DNA from: an uncultured Planctomycetota bacterium
GTDB taxonomy: Bacteria > Planctomycetota > Planctomycetia > Isosphaerales > Isosphaeraceae
Length of the DNA stretch: 64,000 nt
Direction: 5' to 3'
Assembly: GCA_963845755.1 (NCBI GenBank)
Contig: CAWJTV010000012.1
Location: forward strand, 96,001-160,000
The notes under the pieces were generated by a model, which was given only the letters and a program-made list of their open reading frames with translations, was not told the DNA's origin and ran no database searches. A program made the translations under genes and the position numbers. Of this stretch, positions 1-11,424 are shown one piece after another (positions within the stretch are counted from its first letter, which is position 1; each line of letters begins with the position of its first letter).

Positions 1-5
1 TCCCC

Positions 6-1142
6 TTGGGGATGGTGGGGGCTGGAGCCGTCTACGGCTACCGCCAGTACGATGAGTTGCGCTCCCGGCCGGAAGTGACCCGAGGACTGGTGCAACGGAT
101 GACCTCCGGCGAAGCCGAGAAACTTTTGAGCGCCAAGGGATATCTCAAGTCGCGCTTCCAGGCGATGATCGGGACGAAGATTCCGGGACGCGTCGAGCGG
201 ATGTACGTCCACGAAGGGATGAAAGTCAAGAAGGGCGATACGCTCGCAGTCATCGAACACAACGATATGAAAGCGCTCCTGGCGTTGCGCGAAGCTCAGT
301 TGCTCAAGAACCGGGCCGAGCTCGAGGAAGCCGAGGCCGACCAGTGGGAAAAGGAACGTGAGGAGCGCCGATTGACCGTCCTCCGTGCCCGCAAGACGGT
401 TCCCGAAGAGGAATATGAAAAAGGGGTCTCCGGGCTGAAAAAGGCCAAGGCGCGAGTCTCGGCCCTCGGGGCCGCCATCAAGTTGACCCAGGCCAACATC
501 CAGGAGATCCAGGCTACGATCGCCACCATGTCTCTCTACGCCCCGTTCGACGGCACGGTCGTCGAGAAACAGGGTGAGGAGGGTGAAGTCATCACGCCGA
601 CGGCGATGAACTCATCGCTGGGCCGCACGGCGGTCGTGACGATCGCCGATCTCGCCAAGATGGACGTCGAGACGGACGTCTCCGAGAACTTACTGTGGCG
701 GATCGCCATGGGCCAGCCGGCGGAGGTTTCCGTCAGTGCGATCCCGTCCAAGCGCTATCGCGGCCGGCTACGGCAGGTGATCCCCATGGGAGATCGGGCG
801 CGGGGCACGGTCAAGGTCAAGGTCGAGGTCCTCGATCCGGATGACCAACTCTTCCCCGAGCTGGCGGCGACGGTCCATTTCCTCCCCAACAAGACCGGGA
901 ATAGCGGCGAAACCGGTCAGTCGTACCTGTTCGTCCCGAAGTCGGCCGTGTTCCAGGAAAACGGGCACGATCACGTCTGGGTCATCGGCCGGAAGAGCAC
1001 CGTCCGCAAGCGCCCGGTCGAGGTCGCGACGACCACCGACGCGCTGGCGCGTGTCGAATCAGGACTCGAGGCCGGCGAATCGGTGGTCATCAACCCGCTC
1101 AAGGCGCTCCACGAGGACGAAGTCGTCCGGATCGCTGACTAA
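6..1142 (+). CDS. Efflux RND/MacA-type periplasmic adaptor subunit (HlyD family); 5' end probably upstream of the window
   Basis: Lipoyl-like halves '[20 protein letters not shown]' and 'LYAPFDGTV' flank a coiled coil; beta-barrel and 'GLEAGESVV' C-terminus; precedes an ABC ATPase. Confidence 0.9.
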   Translation: MGMVGAGAVYGYRQYDELRSRPEVTRGLVQRMTSGEAEKLLSAKGYLKSRFQAMIGTKIPGRVERMYVHEGMKVKKGDTLAVIEHNDMKALLALREAQLLKNRAELEEAEADQWEKEREERRLTVLRARKTVPEEEYEKGVSGLKKAKARVSALGAAIKLTQANIQEIQATIATMSLYAPFDGTVVEKQGEEGEVITPTAMNSSLGRTAVVTIADLAKMDVETDVSENLLWRIAMGQPAEVSVSAIPSKRYRGRLRQVIPMGDRARGTVKVKVEVLDPDDQLFPELAATVHFLPNKTGNSGETGQSYLFVPKSAVFQENGHDHVWVIGRKSTVRKRPVEVATTTDALARVESGLEAGESVVINPLKALHEDEVVRIAD

Positions 1143-1183
1143 CCGCGCCCTTCCGGGCGTCGACGCCGAAAGGTCCATCCTCC

Positions 1184-1900
1184 ATGGCCGATTTGCCTTC
1201 GATTGTGCTGGTGGGAGTCAACAAGGAATATCGCCGCGACGAGTTCCGCATCCCCGTACTCGAGAACCTTCATCTCTCGGTCGCCGAGGGGGAGTTCCTC
1301 GCCCTCATGGGCCCCTCGGGATCGGGCAAGACCACGCTGCTGAACCTGATCGCCGGGCTCGACCGCGCGACCCACGGTAAAGTTGTCGTGCACGGACAGG
1401 ATCTCGGCGCGCTGAGCGAGTCGCAGGTCACGCGCTGGCGTGCCAACAACGTCGGATTCATCTTCCAAACGTATAATCTCATCCCGGTCCTGACCGCATT
1501 CGAGAACGTCGAGTTGCCGCTACTCCTGACCCACCTCTCGCGGCGTAAGCGGCGGGAGAATGTGGCGAAGGCCCTGAAGATCGTGGGCCTCGAAGGGCGC
1601 GAACACCATTACCCGCGCCAACTCTCCGGCGGCCAGGAGCAGCGGGTGGCGATCGCGCGGGCGATCGTCACCTACCCCGACCTCCTCGTGGCCGACGAAC
1701 CGACCGGTGACCTCGACCGCACGACCGCCGGTGAGATCCTCGACCTCCTCGATCTGCTCAATCGCGAGCTGAAGAAAACGATCATCATGGTGACCCACGA
1801 CCCGTTGGCCGCCCAGCGCGCCAGCCGGATCCTCCACCTCGACAAGGGCCAGCTCGTCGATGATGTGATCCAGGAAACCCAGGTGCACGCCGCGTCATGA
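1184..1900 (+). CDS. ABC transporter ATP-binding protein (LolD/MacB-like)
   Basis: Walker A GPSGSGKT, signature LSGGQEQR, Walker [11 protein letters not shown]-loop VTHD. Confidence 0.95.
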   Translation: MADLPSIVLVGVNKEYRRDEFRIPVLENLHLSVAEGEFLALMGPSGSGKTTLLNLIAGLDRATHGKVVVHGQDLGALSESQVTRWRANNVGFIFQTYNLIPVLTAFENVELPLLLTHLSRRKRRENVAKALKIVGLEGREHHYPRQLSGGQEQRVAIARAIVTYPDLLVADEPTGDLDRTTAGEILDLLDLLNRELKKTIIMVTHDPLAAQRASRILHLDKGQLVDDVIQETQVHAAS

Positions 1901-3084
1901 AATACTTCACTTATATCCTACGGAACGTCCGGCGCAACCCGGTGCGCTCCGTCCTCACGGTTGCGTCGACAGGGATCTGTCTGTTCCTGATGATGATCCT
2001 CGTCTCCTTCTTCGCGATGAATGACGAGATCAGCACATCCTCGCGGATCTTCAACCGGATCGCGACGCTGAACGCCAACGGTTTTGCCGGCAGGATTCCG
2101 ATCGCATACGTCCAGGAGGTCGGCCGGCTCGACGGGGTGATCGCCGCCACGCCGTTCAGTTGGTACGGCGGGAAGTACAAGGACGAGATCCTCCCGTTCG
2201 CCCAGTTCGCCGTCGATCCGGAGACGGTCTTCACGATCATGAGCGAGTTCAGCCTACCGGATGCCCAGTTGAAGGAGTTCAAGGAGAACAAGGACGGCTG
2301 TGTGATCGGAAGGAAGCTGGCCAACGACAAGAAGCTGAAGATCGGCGATCCGCTCGCCTTGAAGGGGGACGCGTACCCGGTCGACCTCACCATGACCGTG
2401 CGCGGCATCTATGATGGTCCGAGCGATCGCGACCTGCGGATGTGCTTTATCCGATTCGACTACCTCGATGAGGCCCTGAAGCGCGTCGTGATCCGGACCT
2501 CATCGACGGGTGGCCCGCAGTTGTCGGGCAATGCGGGGATGATCTTCGTCAAGTGCCGGAGTGCCGACGCGATGGCGCCCCTCTGCAAGAAGATCGACGA
2601 CCTGTTTCGCAACAGCGACTTCCCGACTCGAACCCAGACCGAGGAAGCCTTCGGCAAGATGTTCGAAGAGATGATGGGGGACCTGCGGGGCATGATTTTC
2701 TGGATCGGAATCGCCGTGGTCTCCTCGCTCCTGTTCGTCGCCGGCAATTCGATGGCGATGTCGATGCGCGAGCGGACGACCGAGGTGGCCGTGCTCAAGG
2801 CCATCGGTTTCAACAAGGGCCTCCTACTGTTCCTCGTCATGACCGAGTCGGTCCTCGTCGCCGCAACCGGCGGCATCCTGGGCTCACTGGGCTGCAAGGG
2901 CCTCTGCGAGGTGGTCGACCTCTCGCAGTTCACGGCGGGCTTCCTCCCGTTCTTCTATGTTCCCTGGAACGTCGCCCTCCTCGGCCTGGGCGTATCACTC
3001 TTCGTCGGGTTCGCAGGCGGGATTTATCCCGCCCTACGCGCGGCCAACCTGGCCGTGGTCGATGGGCTACGGAGGATTATCTGA
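1897..3084 (+). CDS. ABC transporter permease (MacB/FtsX family)
   Basis: N-terminal TM helix, periplasmic domain, '[15 protein letters not shown]' FtsX motif; ATGA overlap with the ATPase. Confidence 0.92.
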   Translation: MKYFTYILRNVRRNPVRSVLTVASTGICLFLMMILVSFFAMNDEISTSSRIFNRIATLNANGFAGRIPIAYVQEVGRLDGVIAATPFSWYGGKYKDEILPFAQFAVDPETVFTIMSEFSLPDAQLKEFKENKDGCVIGRKLANDKKLKIGDPLALKGDAYPVDLTMTVRGIYDGPSDRDLRMCFIRFDYLDEALKRVVIRTSSTGGPQLSGNAGMIFVKCRSADAMAPLCKKIDDLFRNSDFPTRTQTEEAFGKMFEEMMGDLRGMIFWIGIAVVSSLLFVAGNSMAMSMRERTTEVAVLKAIGFNKGLLLFLVMTESVLVAATGGILGSLGCKGLCEVVDLSQFTAGFLPFFYVPWNVALLGLGVSLFVGFAGGIYPALRAANLAVVDGLRRII

Positions 3085-3091
3085 CGACGTC

Positions 3092-4255
3092 ATGATTCCC
3101 GTCAAATATAATATCCGCAATCTCCGGGTCCGCTGGAAGACGACGCTGATGACCGTGCTCGGCACGGGGCTGGTCGTCTGGTCGTCATGTATCCTCTTCG
3201 GGCTCGTCGATGGTCTGGAGCATAGCCTGACCATCTCCGGCGATCCGCTCGACATCATCGTCATGCGCAAGGGCTCGACAAACGAGACGACCGGCGGCTT
3301 CGAGACTTCCAAGGCCGACGAACTCCTCAACCTGCCCGGCATCGCTCGCGACGAGCAAGGCCGTCCCCTGGCGGCGAAGGAATTGCTGAACATCCCGATC
3401 GCCGAGCGCCAGAACGGGACCCGGACCAACATCATCGTGCGCGGCGTGCAGCCCGCATCGCGGAAGCTGCGACCGGACTTCCGGATCGTCGAGGGGAACG
3501 ATCTGGTCGAAGGCCGCGGCGAGTGCCTCGTCAGCCGGAGTATGACCAAGCGGTTCAAGGATGCCCAGATCGGTGGTAAACTCGAATTCGGCGAAAAGGA
3601 GCAATACCGGGTCGTGGGGATCTTCACCGCGGGCGGCAGCGCGGCCGAGAGCGAGGTCTGGGCGGACCTGAAGGACGTCGAGAAGAACACCGGCCGCGAC
3701 GGCTCGGTCTCGTGCGTGCAGATCCGCGCGACCGGTCCCGATGATTATCGCAAGCTCCAGGACACCATCGAGAACGACACCCGGTTCAAGTTGGCGGCCA
3801 TCCCCGAATCGGTCTACTTCCAGAACCAGAATCGCTCCGGCATCTTCCTCAAGGGGGCGGGGACTCTGATCGCCGTCCTCCTGACGTTCGGCGCGATGTT
3901 CGCCGCGGCCAACACGATGTTCGCCGCCGTCGGCGCCCGGACTCGCGAGATCGGCACGATGCGCGCGCTGGGGTTCTCCCAGCTCGATATCCTGATCTGC
4001 TTCATGGGCGAATCGCTGATCCTCTGCGGACTCGGCGGGGCGATCGGGGTGCTTGCCGCGATCCCACTCAATGCGCTGACGTACGAGACGAGCGACTTCA
4101 ACAGCTTCGCCTCCATCACGGTCGGGTTCCGCTTCGGGCCGCTGGTGATGGCCGTCGCATTTCTGATGACGCTCGCCATGGGGCTCTTCGGCGGGATGTT
4201 CCCCGCCATCCGCGCCGTGAGGCTCGACGTCATCTCGGCGCTGCGAGAGCTGTGA
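3092..4255 (+). CDS. ABC transporter permease (MacB/FtsX family), second subunit
   Basis: Start MIPVKYNIRNL at 3092; 'ARTREIGTMRALGF' motif; C-terminal 'PAIRAVRLDVISALRE'. Confidence 0.92.
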   Translation: MIPVKYNIRNLRVRWKTTLMTVLGTGLVVWSSCILFGLVDGLEHSLTISGDPLDIIVMRKGSTNETTGGFETSKADELLNLPGIARDEQGRPLAAKELLNIPIAERQNGTRTNIIVRGVQPASRKLRPDFRIVEGNDLVEGRGECLVSRSMTKRFKDAQIGGKLEFGEKEQYRVVGIFTAGGSAAESEVWADLKDVEKNTGRDGSVSCVQIRATGPDDYRKLQDTIENDTRFKLAAIPESVYFQNQNRSGIFLKGAGTLIAVLLTFGAMFAAANTMFAAVGARTREIGTMRALGFSQLDILICFMGESLILCGLGGAIGVLAAIPLNALTYETSDFNSFASITVGFRFGPLVMAVAFLMTLAMGLFGGMFPAIRAVRLDVISALREL

Positions 4256-4292
4256 GCACCCGCACGGACGGGGCACGGCATCGCGCGGGCCT

Positions 4293-4955
4293 TCATCGCG
4301 CATGTTCGAGTCGCACGATCGTCCGAGCCGAGGGGAGGCTGGCCCGTGAGATCTCGACGGAGTGCGCGCCCGGCCGATCGATCGGGTCGCCGGGAAGCGC
4401 CTCGAGGAATCGCTCGACCGGCTGGATATTCAGATTGATCCTGGGCGTCTTGAAGTGCATCGGGATCACGACCCGAGGGCCAATCGCATCGAGGAGCGGA
4501 GGGATCTCGGGGTAATCGAGCGTCGGCGGGCCGCCCGCGGCGGCGAGGACGATGTCGGCACCCCGCAGCGGCGCCAGCTCCGGCCCGGTCAAGGGATGTC
4601 CAAGATCCCCCAGGAACACCACGTGCAAGCCCTCGGCCTGAAAATGGACGATCGTGACCTCATCCTCCGGCCGGCGCTCGGGAGTTTCGAAGACGTGTAT
4701 CGACTGGATCGAGATGTGCCGAAACATCGTGCCTTGCGGCGGCAGCTCCAGCGCCCGGATCGTCTCGAAGGGAGGTATGATCTGGCCCAGGTGGCTATGA
4801 TACCGGTCGTTCTCATGGCTGACGACCACCAGGTCCGCGGGCTCGTCGATCGGCTCGTATCCCCCGCAATCGGGCGAGCGATAGGGATCGAGAATGATCC
4901 GAACGACCTGGGTCTCGATCAAGAATGCCGCATGGCCGAACCAGGTGATCCGCAT
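4293..4955 (-). CDS. MBL-fold metallo-hydrolase
   Basis: 'MRITWFGHAAFLIE', 'VVSHENDRYH', 'FLGDLGH' and 'VIPMHF' motifs. Confidence 0.88.
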   Translation of the reverse strand: MRITWFGHAAFLIETQVVRIILDPYRSPDCGGYEPIDEPADLVVVSHENDRYHSHLGQIIPPFETIRALELPPQGTMFRHISIQSIHVFETPERRPEDEVTIVHFQAEGLHVVFLGDLGHPLTGPELAPLRGADIVLAAAGGPPTLDYPEIPPLLDAIGPRVVIPMHFKTPRINLNIQPVERFLEALPGDPIDRPGAHSVEISRASLPSARTIVRLEHAR

Positions 4956-5148
4956 GAGGATGCTCGCTCGGAAGGTGTCGATCCGCTCGGAACCGGTCGT
5001 CCGGCTACCGACACTCGATCATAACCGGGCGCGCGGGATTGTGTTACCATATGATGCGAATGGCGACTGGGAGGGTGGCCGGTCCCGCTCCAGCAGCGCA
5101 ATCACCTTGCCTGGCTCGCACTCTGCCGCCCGAAAGGAGACGCATCTC

Positions 5149-6072
5149 ATGAACCGCCGCAACTTTCTGGCCGCCGCCGGTGCTGGGACCGCGACTGCCG
5201 TCGTTTCCTCGACGTCGCCGGGAGCAACCGCACCGGTCAAAGCCGGATCCACCGGCGATGGGACGTGGTTGACCTATGCCGTCAACGTCGAGATGACCTG
5301 GGGAAGACTCCCGTTCCTGGACCGGCTCCGGAAGGTCAAGGAGGCTGGGTTCTCGCACTATGAGTTCTGGCCGTGGCGCGGGAAGGACATCGAGGGAATC
5401 CTCAAGCTGAACGACGAGCTCGGACTGATCGCGTCACAGTTCTCGGCCTCGCCCGTGAAGGGCTTCGGCCATGGGATCACCAATCCTGACCCCAGGCGGC
5501 GGGAAGAGTTTGAGGAGGAGATCCGGTCGGCCGTGGCGGTCGCCAAGAAGCTGGGGGTCAAGAAGCTTTGCGTCGTGGCCGGAGAAGAGACCGTCGGACA
5601 TTCCCGAGAGGAACAGATCCAGGCGGTAATCAGCGCACTCAAAGCCGGCGCCCGGATCGTCGAGCCCGAGGGGATCACCATCATCCTGGAACCGCTCAAT
5701 GTCCTGGTCGATCATCCCCGGCAACTGATCGTCCATTCCGCGCAGGCCGCCGCGGTCCTCGATGCCGTCGGCTCGGCGAACGTCAAGATGCTCTTCGATA
5801 TCTACCACCAGCAGATCAGCGAGGGGAACCTCACGCTCAACATCCGGAAGTATCGCGATCGGATCGGCTACTTCCAGCTTGCCGACCATCCCGGACGCCA
5901 CGAGCCCACGACCGGTGAGATCTCCTATCCCTTCATCCTGAAGACGATCCACGACGTGGGATATCGCGATCCGATCGGCATGGAGATGAGTCCCAAATCC
6001 GACCCGATGACGGCCTTCAAGTCGATCCGGCGGGTCGATGCCGAGGCACGCGCTCTGAACGCCATCGCTTGA
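5149..6072 (+). CDS. Hydroxypyruvate isomerase / xylose-isomerase-like TIM barrel protein with Tat signal
   Basis: RBS AAGGAG, then MNRRNFL twin-arginine motif; 'LEPLN', 'FDIYHQQ' and 'QLADHPGRHEP' motifs. Confidence 0.88.
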   Translation: MNRRNFLAAAGAGTATAVVSSTSPGATAPVKAGSTGDGTWLTYAVNVEMTWGRLPFLDRLRKVKEAGFSHYEFWPWRGKDIEGILKLNDELGLIASQFSASPVKGFGHGITNPDPRRREEFEEEIRSAVAVAKKLGVKKLCVVAGEETVGHSREEQIQAVISALKAGARIVEPEGITIILEPLNVLVDHPRQLIVHSAQAAAVLDAVGSANVKMLFDIYHQQISEGNLTLNIRKYRDRIGYFQLADHPGRHEPTTGEISYPFILKTIHDVGYRDPIGMEMSPKSDPMTAFKSIRRVDAEARALNAIA

Positions 6073-6092
6073 CCCCATCGGGAAGCCATTCG

Positions 6093-7388
6093 ATGCGATG
6101 GTTGTCGCACATCGCCGGATCGCAGATCTGGTCGCGAGAGTTCCGGATCGACGTCAAGCCGATTGCGCGACTGGTTCGCGAGCGCCCCGAAACGGTCATC
6201 CTGGGACTGGGGATCCTGTTACGCGTGGTCGTCTATCTGTCCAATCGCACGATGTGGCTCGACGAGATGTCTCTGGCGGCCAACGTGGTCGGGAAGCCGA
6301 TCCTCGATTTCCCGGAACCCTTGACCAACGACCAGCTCGCCCCGTTCGGCTTCCTGATCCTCCAGAGATCGATCGTGAAGCTCCTGGGCGACTCGAATTT
6401 TTCCATGCGACTGGTGCCGCTGTCCGCCGGCATCGTCGCGTTGATTCTGTTTTCCCGGCTGGCTCGCCGCATACTGCCGCGACGGGCGTCGTTGGTTGCA
6501 ATGGCGCTCTTCGCCTTTTCGGATGACCTGATCTATTACTCCAGCGAGATGAAACCGTACTCGGTAGACCTGGTGGTCGGGCTGGCGATCAGTCTGCTGA
6601 CCCTCAAGGCACTGTGCAAACCGGTCAGCACTCGCTCGGCGGTCTGGTTGGCCACCCTCGTGGCCGCGGCCCCCTGGTGGTCGTTCGCCTCGGTGTTTGT
6701 CGTCTCCGCTTGTGGCGGCGTGCTGGTCCTGGAGAGTCTGGTTTCGCGGCGATACCGCGCCGCGGTCCTCTGGGTGGTCATCGGACTCGGTTGGCTCGGG
6801 GACCTCGCGGTGTCCGTCGAGGCTTCACACAATCTGCTCACGCCCTACACCACGATGTACCTGTTCTGGGACTTTGCGTTCCTTCCCAATCATTCGGTGG
6901 CCGGAGCGACTCAGGCCGCATCAATCCTTCGCGACGACCTGCATAAGGCCGCGGGCATCCTCCTCGAAATCTTCGTGAACCCCTTGAACCTCGTCGGCCC
7001 GATTTGGCCGCGTGTCGGGGTCATCGTCCCCTTCATTCTCCTTCAGGTCGGTGAGCTTTCCCTGGCGCGACGGTCCTGGCTGACGTATCTTCTCCTCGTC
7101 TTACCGATCGTCCTGGCGATCGTGGCTTCTGGCTATAAGATGTATCCATTCCATGGCCGGCTGATACTCGAGCTCGTCCCGGCTTTCTTTCTCTTGATCG
7201 CCGAAGGGTCGGAGTGGGTGGGTCAGCGGGATCCGACCCGCTACCGGCTCTGCTACAAGGCTGCCTTGATCGTTCTCCTGGCCTACCCATGCTTTGCGGC
7301 GGTCTACCAGGCGTCTGGTCAGCGCTATCGCTTGTTCAATCCCCACGGTGATTTGCACACGAACGTCTTCCTGGAGGGAGCAGGATGA
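6093..7388 (+). CDS. Membrane glycosyltransferase, GT-C/PMT (family 39-like)
   Basis: 'MWLDE' acidic loop, multiple TM helices, 'YYSSEMKPY' and 'YPFHGR' motifs. Confidence 0.7.
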   Translation: MRWLSHIAGSQIWSREFRIDVKPIARLVRERPETVILGLGILLRVVVYLSNRTMWLDEMSLAANVVGKPILDFPEPLTNDQLAPFGFLILQRSIVKLLGDSNFSMRLVPLSAGIVALILFSRLARRILPRRASLVAMALFAFSDDLIYYSSEMKPYSVDLVVGLAISLLTLKALCKPVSTRSAVWLATLVAAAPWWSFASVFVVSACGGVLVLESLVSRRYRAAVLWVVIGLGWLGDLAVSVEASHNLLTPYTTMYLFWDFAFLPNHSVAGATQAASILRDDLHKAAGILLEIFVNPLNLVGPIWPRVGVIVPFILLQVGELSLARRSWLTYLLLVLPIVLAIVASGYKMYPFHGRLILELVPAFFLLIAEGSEWVGQRDPTRYRLCYKAALIVLLAYPCFAAVYQASGQRYRLFNPHGDLHTNVFLEGAG

Positions 7389-7671
7389 ATCCGGCATGGT
7401 GGTTCCGTGGAGGGCCGCGTGCGTCCCGGACAGGACTCACTCGTTTCGTGTCCGAAATGGCGTTCCACGGCAATAGTAATGATAGGGTGCGGCGAGGTGG
7501 TCTTCGAGGGTGGATCCGTGGCGGCATAAGGTCATGAATCAGCGGACTGATGATCGCGATGCGGCCGCGGGAGATGCTCCGGCGGACTCGAATTCCGCTT
7601 CCCGCGACTGCTCGTACGAGTTGACCGGGCCGGAGTTCTCGCCGGATTCGGTTGTGATGGGTTGACGCACG

Positions 7672-10201
7672 GTGGGCCCCGAAGAGCTGTTAGAGCGCCT
7701 CTGCAATGACCAGGTGAAGCGATGGCGCGACGGCCAGCGGGTCCCGGCCGAGGCGTATTTGTCGATGCATCCAACGATCCGGGATGAAGGCGAAGCGGCA
7801 TTCGAATTGATTTATGGTGAGTTCTTGCTGCGCGAGGAGCGGGGCGAGCGGCCTTCCCTGGGAGAGTTCCGATGGCGCTTCCCGCGGTTCGCCAAACGGC
7901 TCCAAAGACAACTCGACCTCCACGACGTGCTGGGGGTCGATGGCAAGGTCGAGCCACCTTGGGACGGAATTTCCGAGGATGTCGACGTGTCGGAATCGGA
8001 AGAAGTTGGTCCCCACCGAAGCGGACACTTCTTCGGGCCGGGCTACCGGATTCTGGGCGAGCTGGGACGTGGTGGGATGGGTGCGGTCTACAAGGCCTGG
8101 CAGATCCGGCTCAAGCGGGTCGTGGCGCTGAAGGTCATTCGCGCCGATGCCTATGCTGACTCGGGAGCCGCGGCGCGCTTCCAGTCGGAGGCCGAGGCAG
8201 CGGCCCGGTTCCAGCACCCCAACCTGATCCCGGTCTTCGAGATCGGGGAACACGAGGGCATGGGATACCTCGTGCTCGAATACGCCGCCGGCGGAGGACT
8301 GGATCGACGCCTGGCCGGCACGCTTCAGGACCCCGTGGAATCGGCCCGCCTCATCGAACTCCTGGCTCGAGCGATCCACTATGCCCATCTGCGCGGGATC
8401 GTCCATCGGGACCTGAAACCGGCGAACGTCTTGCTCACCGAAGAGGGCGTCCCCAAGATCACGGACTTCGGACTGGCGAAGTTGCTCGAGCGCGAGGACG
8501 CCTTGACGCGCGCCGGCGAGATCCTGGGCACGCCCAGCTACATGGCACCCGAACAGGTTCGCGGACTCACGGACCAGATCACTCCGGCCACAGACGTCTA
8601 TTCTCTGGGGGCCATCCTCTATGAGATGGTTACCGGCCGTCCGCCATTCAAAGGGACTACACCCCTTTCGACGCTCGAGCAAGTCTCGAGCCATGAGCCC
8701 CTTTCCCCCTGCAAGCTCCAGCGCAGTCTTCCCCGAGACCTGGTGACGATCTGCCTCAAATGCCTGCAAAAGGATCCCCATCGCCGTTATCCGACCGCGC
8801 TGGCATTGGGTGAGGATCTGCACCGATTCCTGCAGGGCCAACCGATCCTGGCCCGGCCGATCTCGATTCTTGAACGCACCTGGAAGTGGGCGCAGGAGGC
8901 GGCCCGGCATCGCGACGGCGATTACCGCCCTCCTCGTGCTCCTGCTCGTGCTGCTGGGCGGGGGCGTGTACTACAACTCCCAGCTCCGAGAGAAGATGCT
9001 GGAGGCCCGCGAGGCCGAACAGCGAGCAGCGACCAATGCCCGGGCGGCCTTCGAACAACGAAACCTCGCCCTCCAGGCTCTCAATCAGCTCGTCTACGAC
9101 GTCCAGGAGAAACTTGCCCAGACCCCTGCCACCCGTTCGCTCCGTCAAGAAGTGCTCAAGACGGCGATTCGGGGACTCGAGGACCTTGGACGAAACACCG
9201 CGGGTGCTCCACCCGATCTGAGTCAGGCGGTCGCCTACCAGAAGCTCGGCGACATCTTCCGGATCATCGGTCGATCCGTCACCGCCCGCCAGCATTACAA
9301 CCAATCGCAACGGCTGGCCGAGGAGCGATTCAGGCAATCGCCGCGCGAGCTCGAAGCGGCGGAGGTTCTTTATCGGACGCACATGGGACTGGGTCTGCTC
9401 GACCTGAGAGCCGATCAGTTCGACGCGACCAAGGTGGAGTTCCATCGCGCCGTGACCATGGCGGAAACCCTCGTCGACGCCAGGCCGGCAAGGGACGGAC
9501 CTCGTCGCGACCTGATCGAGGCTTATCTCCAACTCGGACGAGCTTACAGCTTCGCCCACGATTATGCGACGGCGGAGGTGTGGTTCCTCAAGATGCAGGA
9601 CCTGGCCGGGAGTTGGGTCTCCGCGGATCCGAGACAGGTGCAAGCCCAAGACCTGCTCGCGTCGAGCTACCGCAAGCTGGCGGACTTGAAGAAATTCTCC
9701 CGGGAGTTCGTCGAAGCCCGCCGGCTGTACTCGCGCGCCATTGAAATCTGCGAGGTACTGCTGGCGAGATCGAACGACAGTTTCGAGTTCAGGACCCATC
9801 TGGCCATCGCGCTCGACGACCTCGCTCAGGTCGCGCAAAAACAGGACCGATTCGAGGAGGCGCGGCAGCTTTTCCGGAAAGCCGAGTCGCACTTCCTCGA
9901 GCTGGTCCGCACCGATCCCGAGCACCTGGACTCCCGACTGGCCCTGATGCATACCCAGTACAATCGCGCGATGCTGGACCGAGGCGAATCGCGGTTCGAC
10001 GCGGCGGTTGCGGGATTCCGTGGCGTCCGCGATCAACTCTCCATCCTCGAGCGTGAGGGCCGGATCGAGGACCGGCACCGTCTCTTCGTAAATACCCGAT
10101 CGCTCGATAAGAACATCGATTCGTGTGTCGCGGCTTCGCGGGCGTCCCGGGATCCACGCGCGACCGCCGGCTCGATCGGGACGGCTAGAACGTCGGAATG
10201 A
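7672..10201 (+). CDS. Ser/Thr protein kinase with TM segment and C-terminal TPR-like region; apparent 1-bp insertion near 8892 joins ORFs 7672-9744 and 8810-10201
   Basis: GRGGMG, VALK, HRDLKPAN, DFG and GTPSYMAPE motifs; removing one base restores 'WKWARRRPG-IATAITALLV' into the TPR frame. Confidence 0.85.
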
Positions 10202-11323
10202 CGATCCGATCCCCTCCCTTCATGGCCGAGTCGTGGCGCAGAGCCCGACCATCGTCCAGTTGGCTGAGGTTGCCGCGTCAGGCAAGGCCGGACGCTCTCC
10301 TCGAACAGCGCTCAGGAAGGCGTGGACCAGGTGAGGGTGAGAACCGCCATGGCCGCCGCCCTGGGTGAACGACAAATGCTGCTCCCCTTCGTCGAGGCTA
10401 TAGACACCCTTGGTGGTGAAGCGGCGGATCGGCTCGGGAAGGCGCTGAGCATAGTCGGGCACGGCGACTCGTTTGGGGATCTCCGACTCGGGGATGGTGT
10501 GCTCGGAGGTGCTCTTGGTGTGAATCACCGGATCCTCGCCTTCGACCTGTTGCCATTCGAAGCTCTTCGCGCTTCCGGTTGCGTCGAAGCTCTCGCGGTA
10601 CTGTCTCGCGGTATCGAAGAGGCTGCGCGTGACCTCGGCAACGACGTCCGAGTCCTTGATGGTGAAGGTAGCCGTCTCGATGGCGAACGGGCTGCCGTAC
10701 CGGCCGATCAGCTCCTCGCGGATGCGACCGGAGCCGTGACAGACGACGCTTTCGGCGAGTTTGCCCAGGATCGCCAGGCACGGACTGACGCAATGGGTCG
10801 CGTACCACATCGGGGGCAGCCCCGGCCAGTAATCCGGCCAGCCGTCCATGTCTTGCTGGTGACTGCCTCTGAGGAACTGGAGCCGGCCCAGCTCTCCCTT
10901 GTCATAGAGTTCCTTGACGAACAGGTACTCACGGCTATAGACGACGGTCTCCATCATGATGTAGACCTTGCCGCTCTTGCGCTGGGCTTCCACGATCCGT
11001 CGGCATTCGTCGACGCTCGTGCCCATCGGCACGGTACAGGCGACGTGCTTGCCGGCCGCGAGCGCCTCGATCGACATCCAGGCGTGGTCCGGGATCGGCG
11101 AGTTGATATGGACCGCGTCGATGTCCGGGTCCTTCAGGAGTTCCCGGTAGTCGGTGTAACGAGCCGGGATCTTGTAGCGATCCCCGCACTCGTCGAGACC
11201 GTTGCGGTCTCGGCGGCAGATCGCGTGAATCTCCGCCCCGGGATAACTCTGGTAAATCGGGATGAACTCGGCCCCGAAACCGAGACCGATGATCGCCACG
11301 CGGATCGGCTTTTCGCTTGCCAT
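10185..11323 (-). CDS. Gfo/Idh/MocA family oxidoreductase; likely 1-bp deletion near 10236
   Basis: Rossmann 'VAIIGLGFG', 'AGKHVACTVPM', 'GHGGSHPHL'; the corrected tail 'CAHDSAMKGGDRIVIPTF*' ends at 10185. Confidence 0.88.
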
Positions 11324-11424
11324 CGACATCGTCCCTGGATCATGGTGGAGGAAGAGACTTGCGGAGTTCCGTGCAAGATAGTAGGACGTGAGGGATAAGG
11401 CAAGCACCCTGTGAGGAGACCAGC

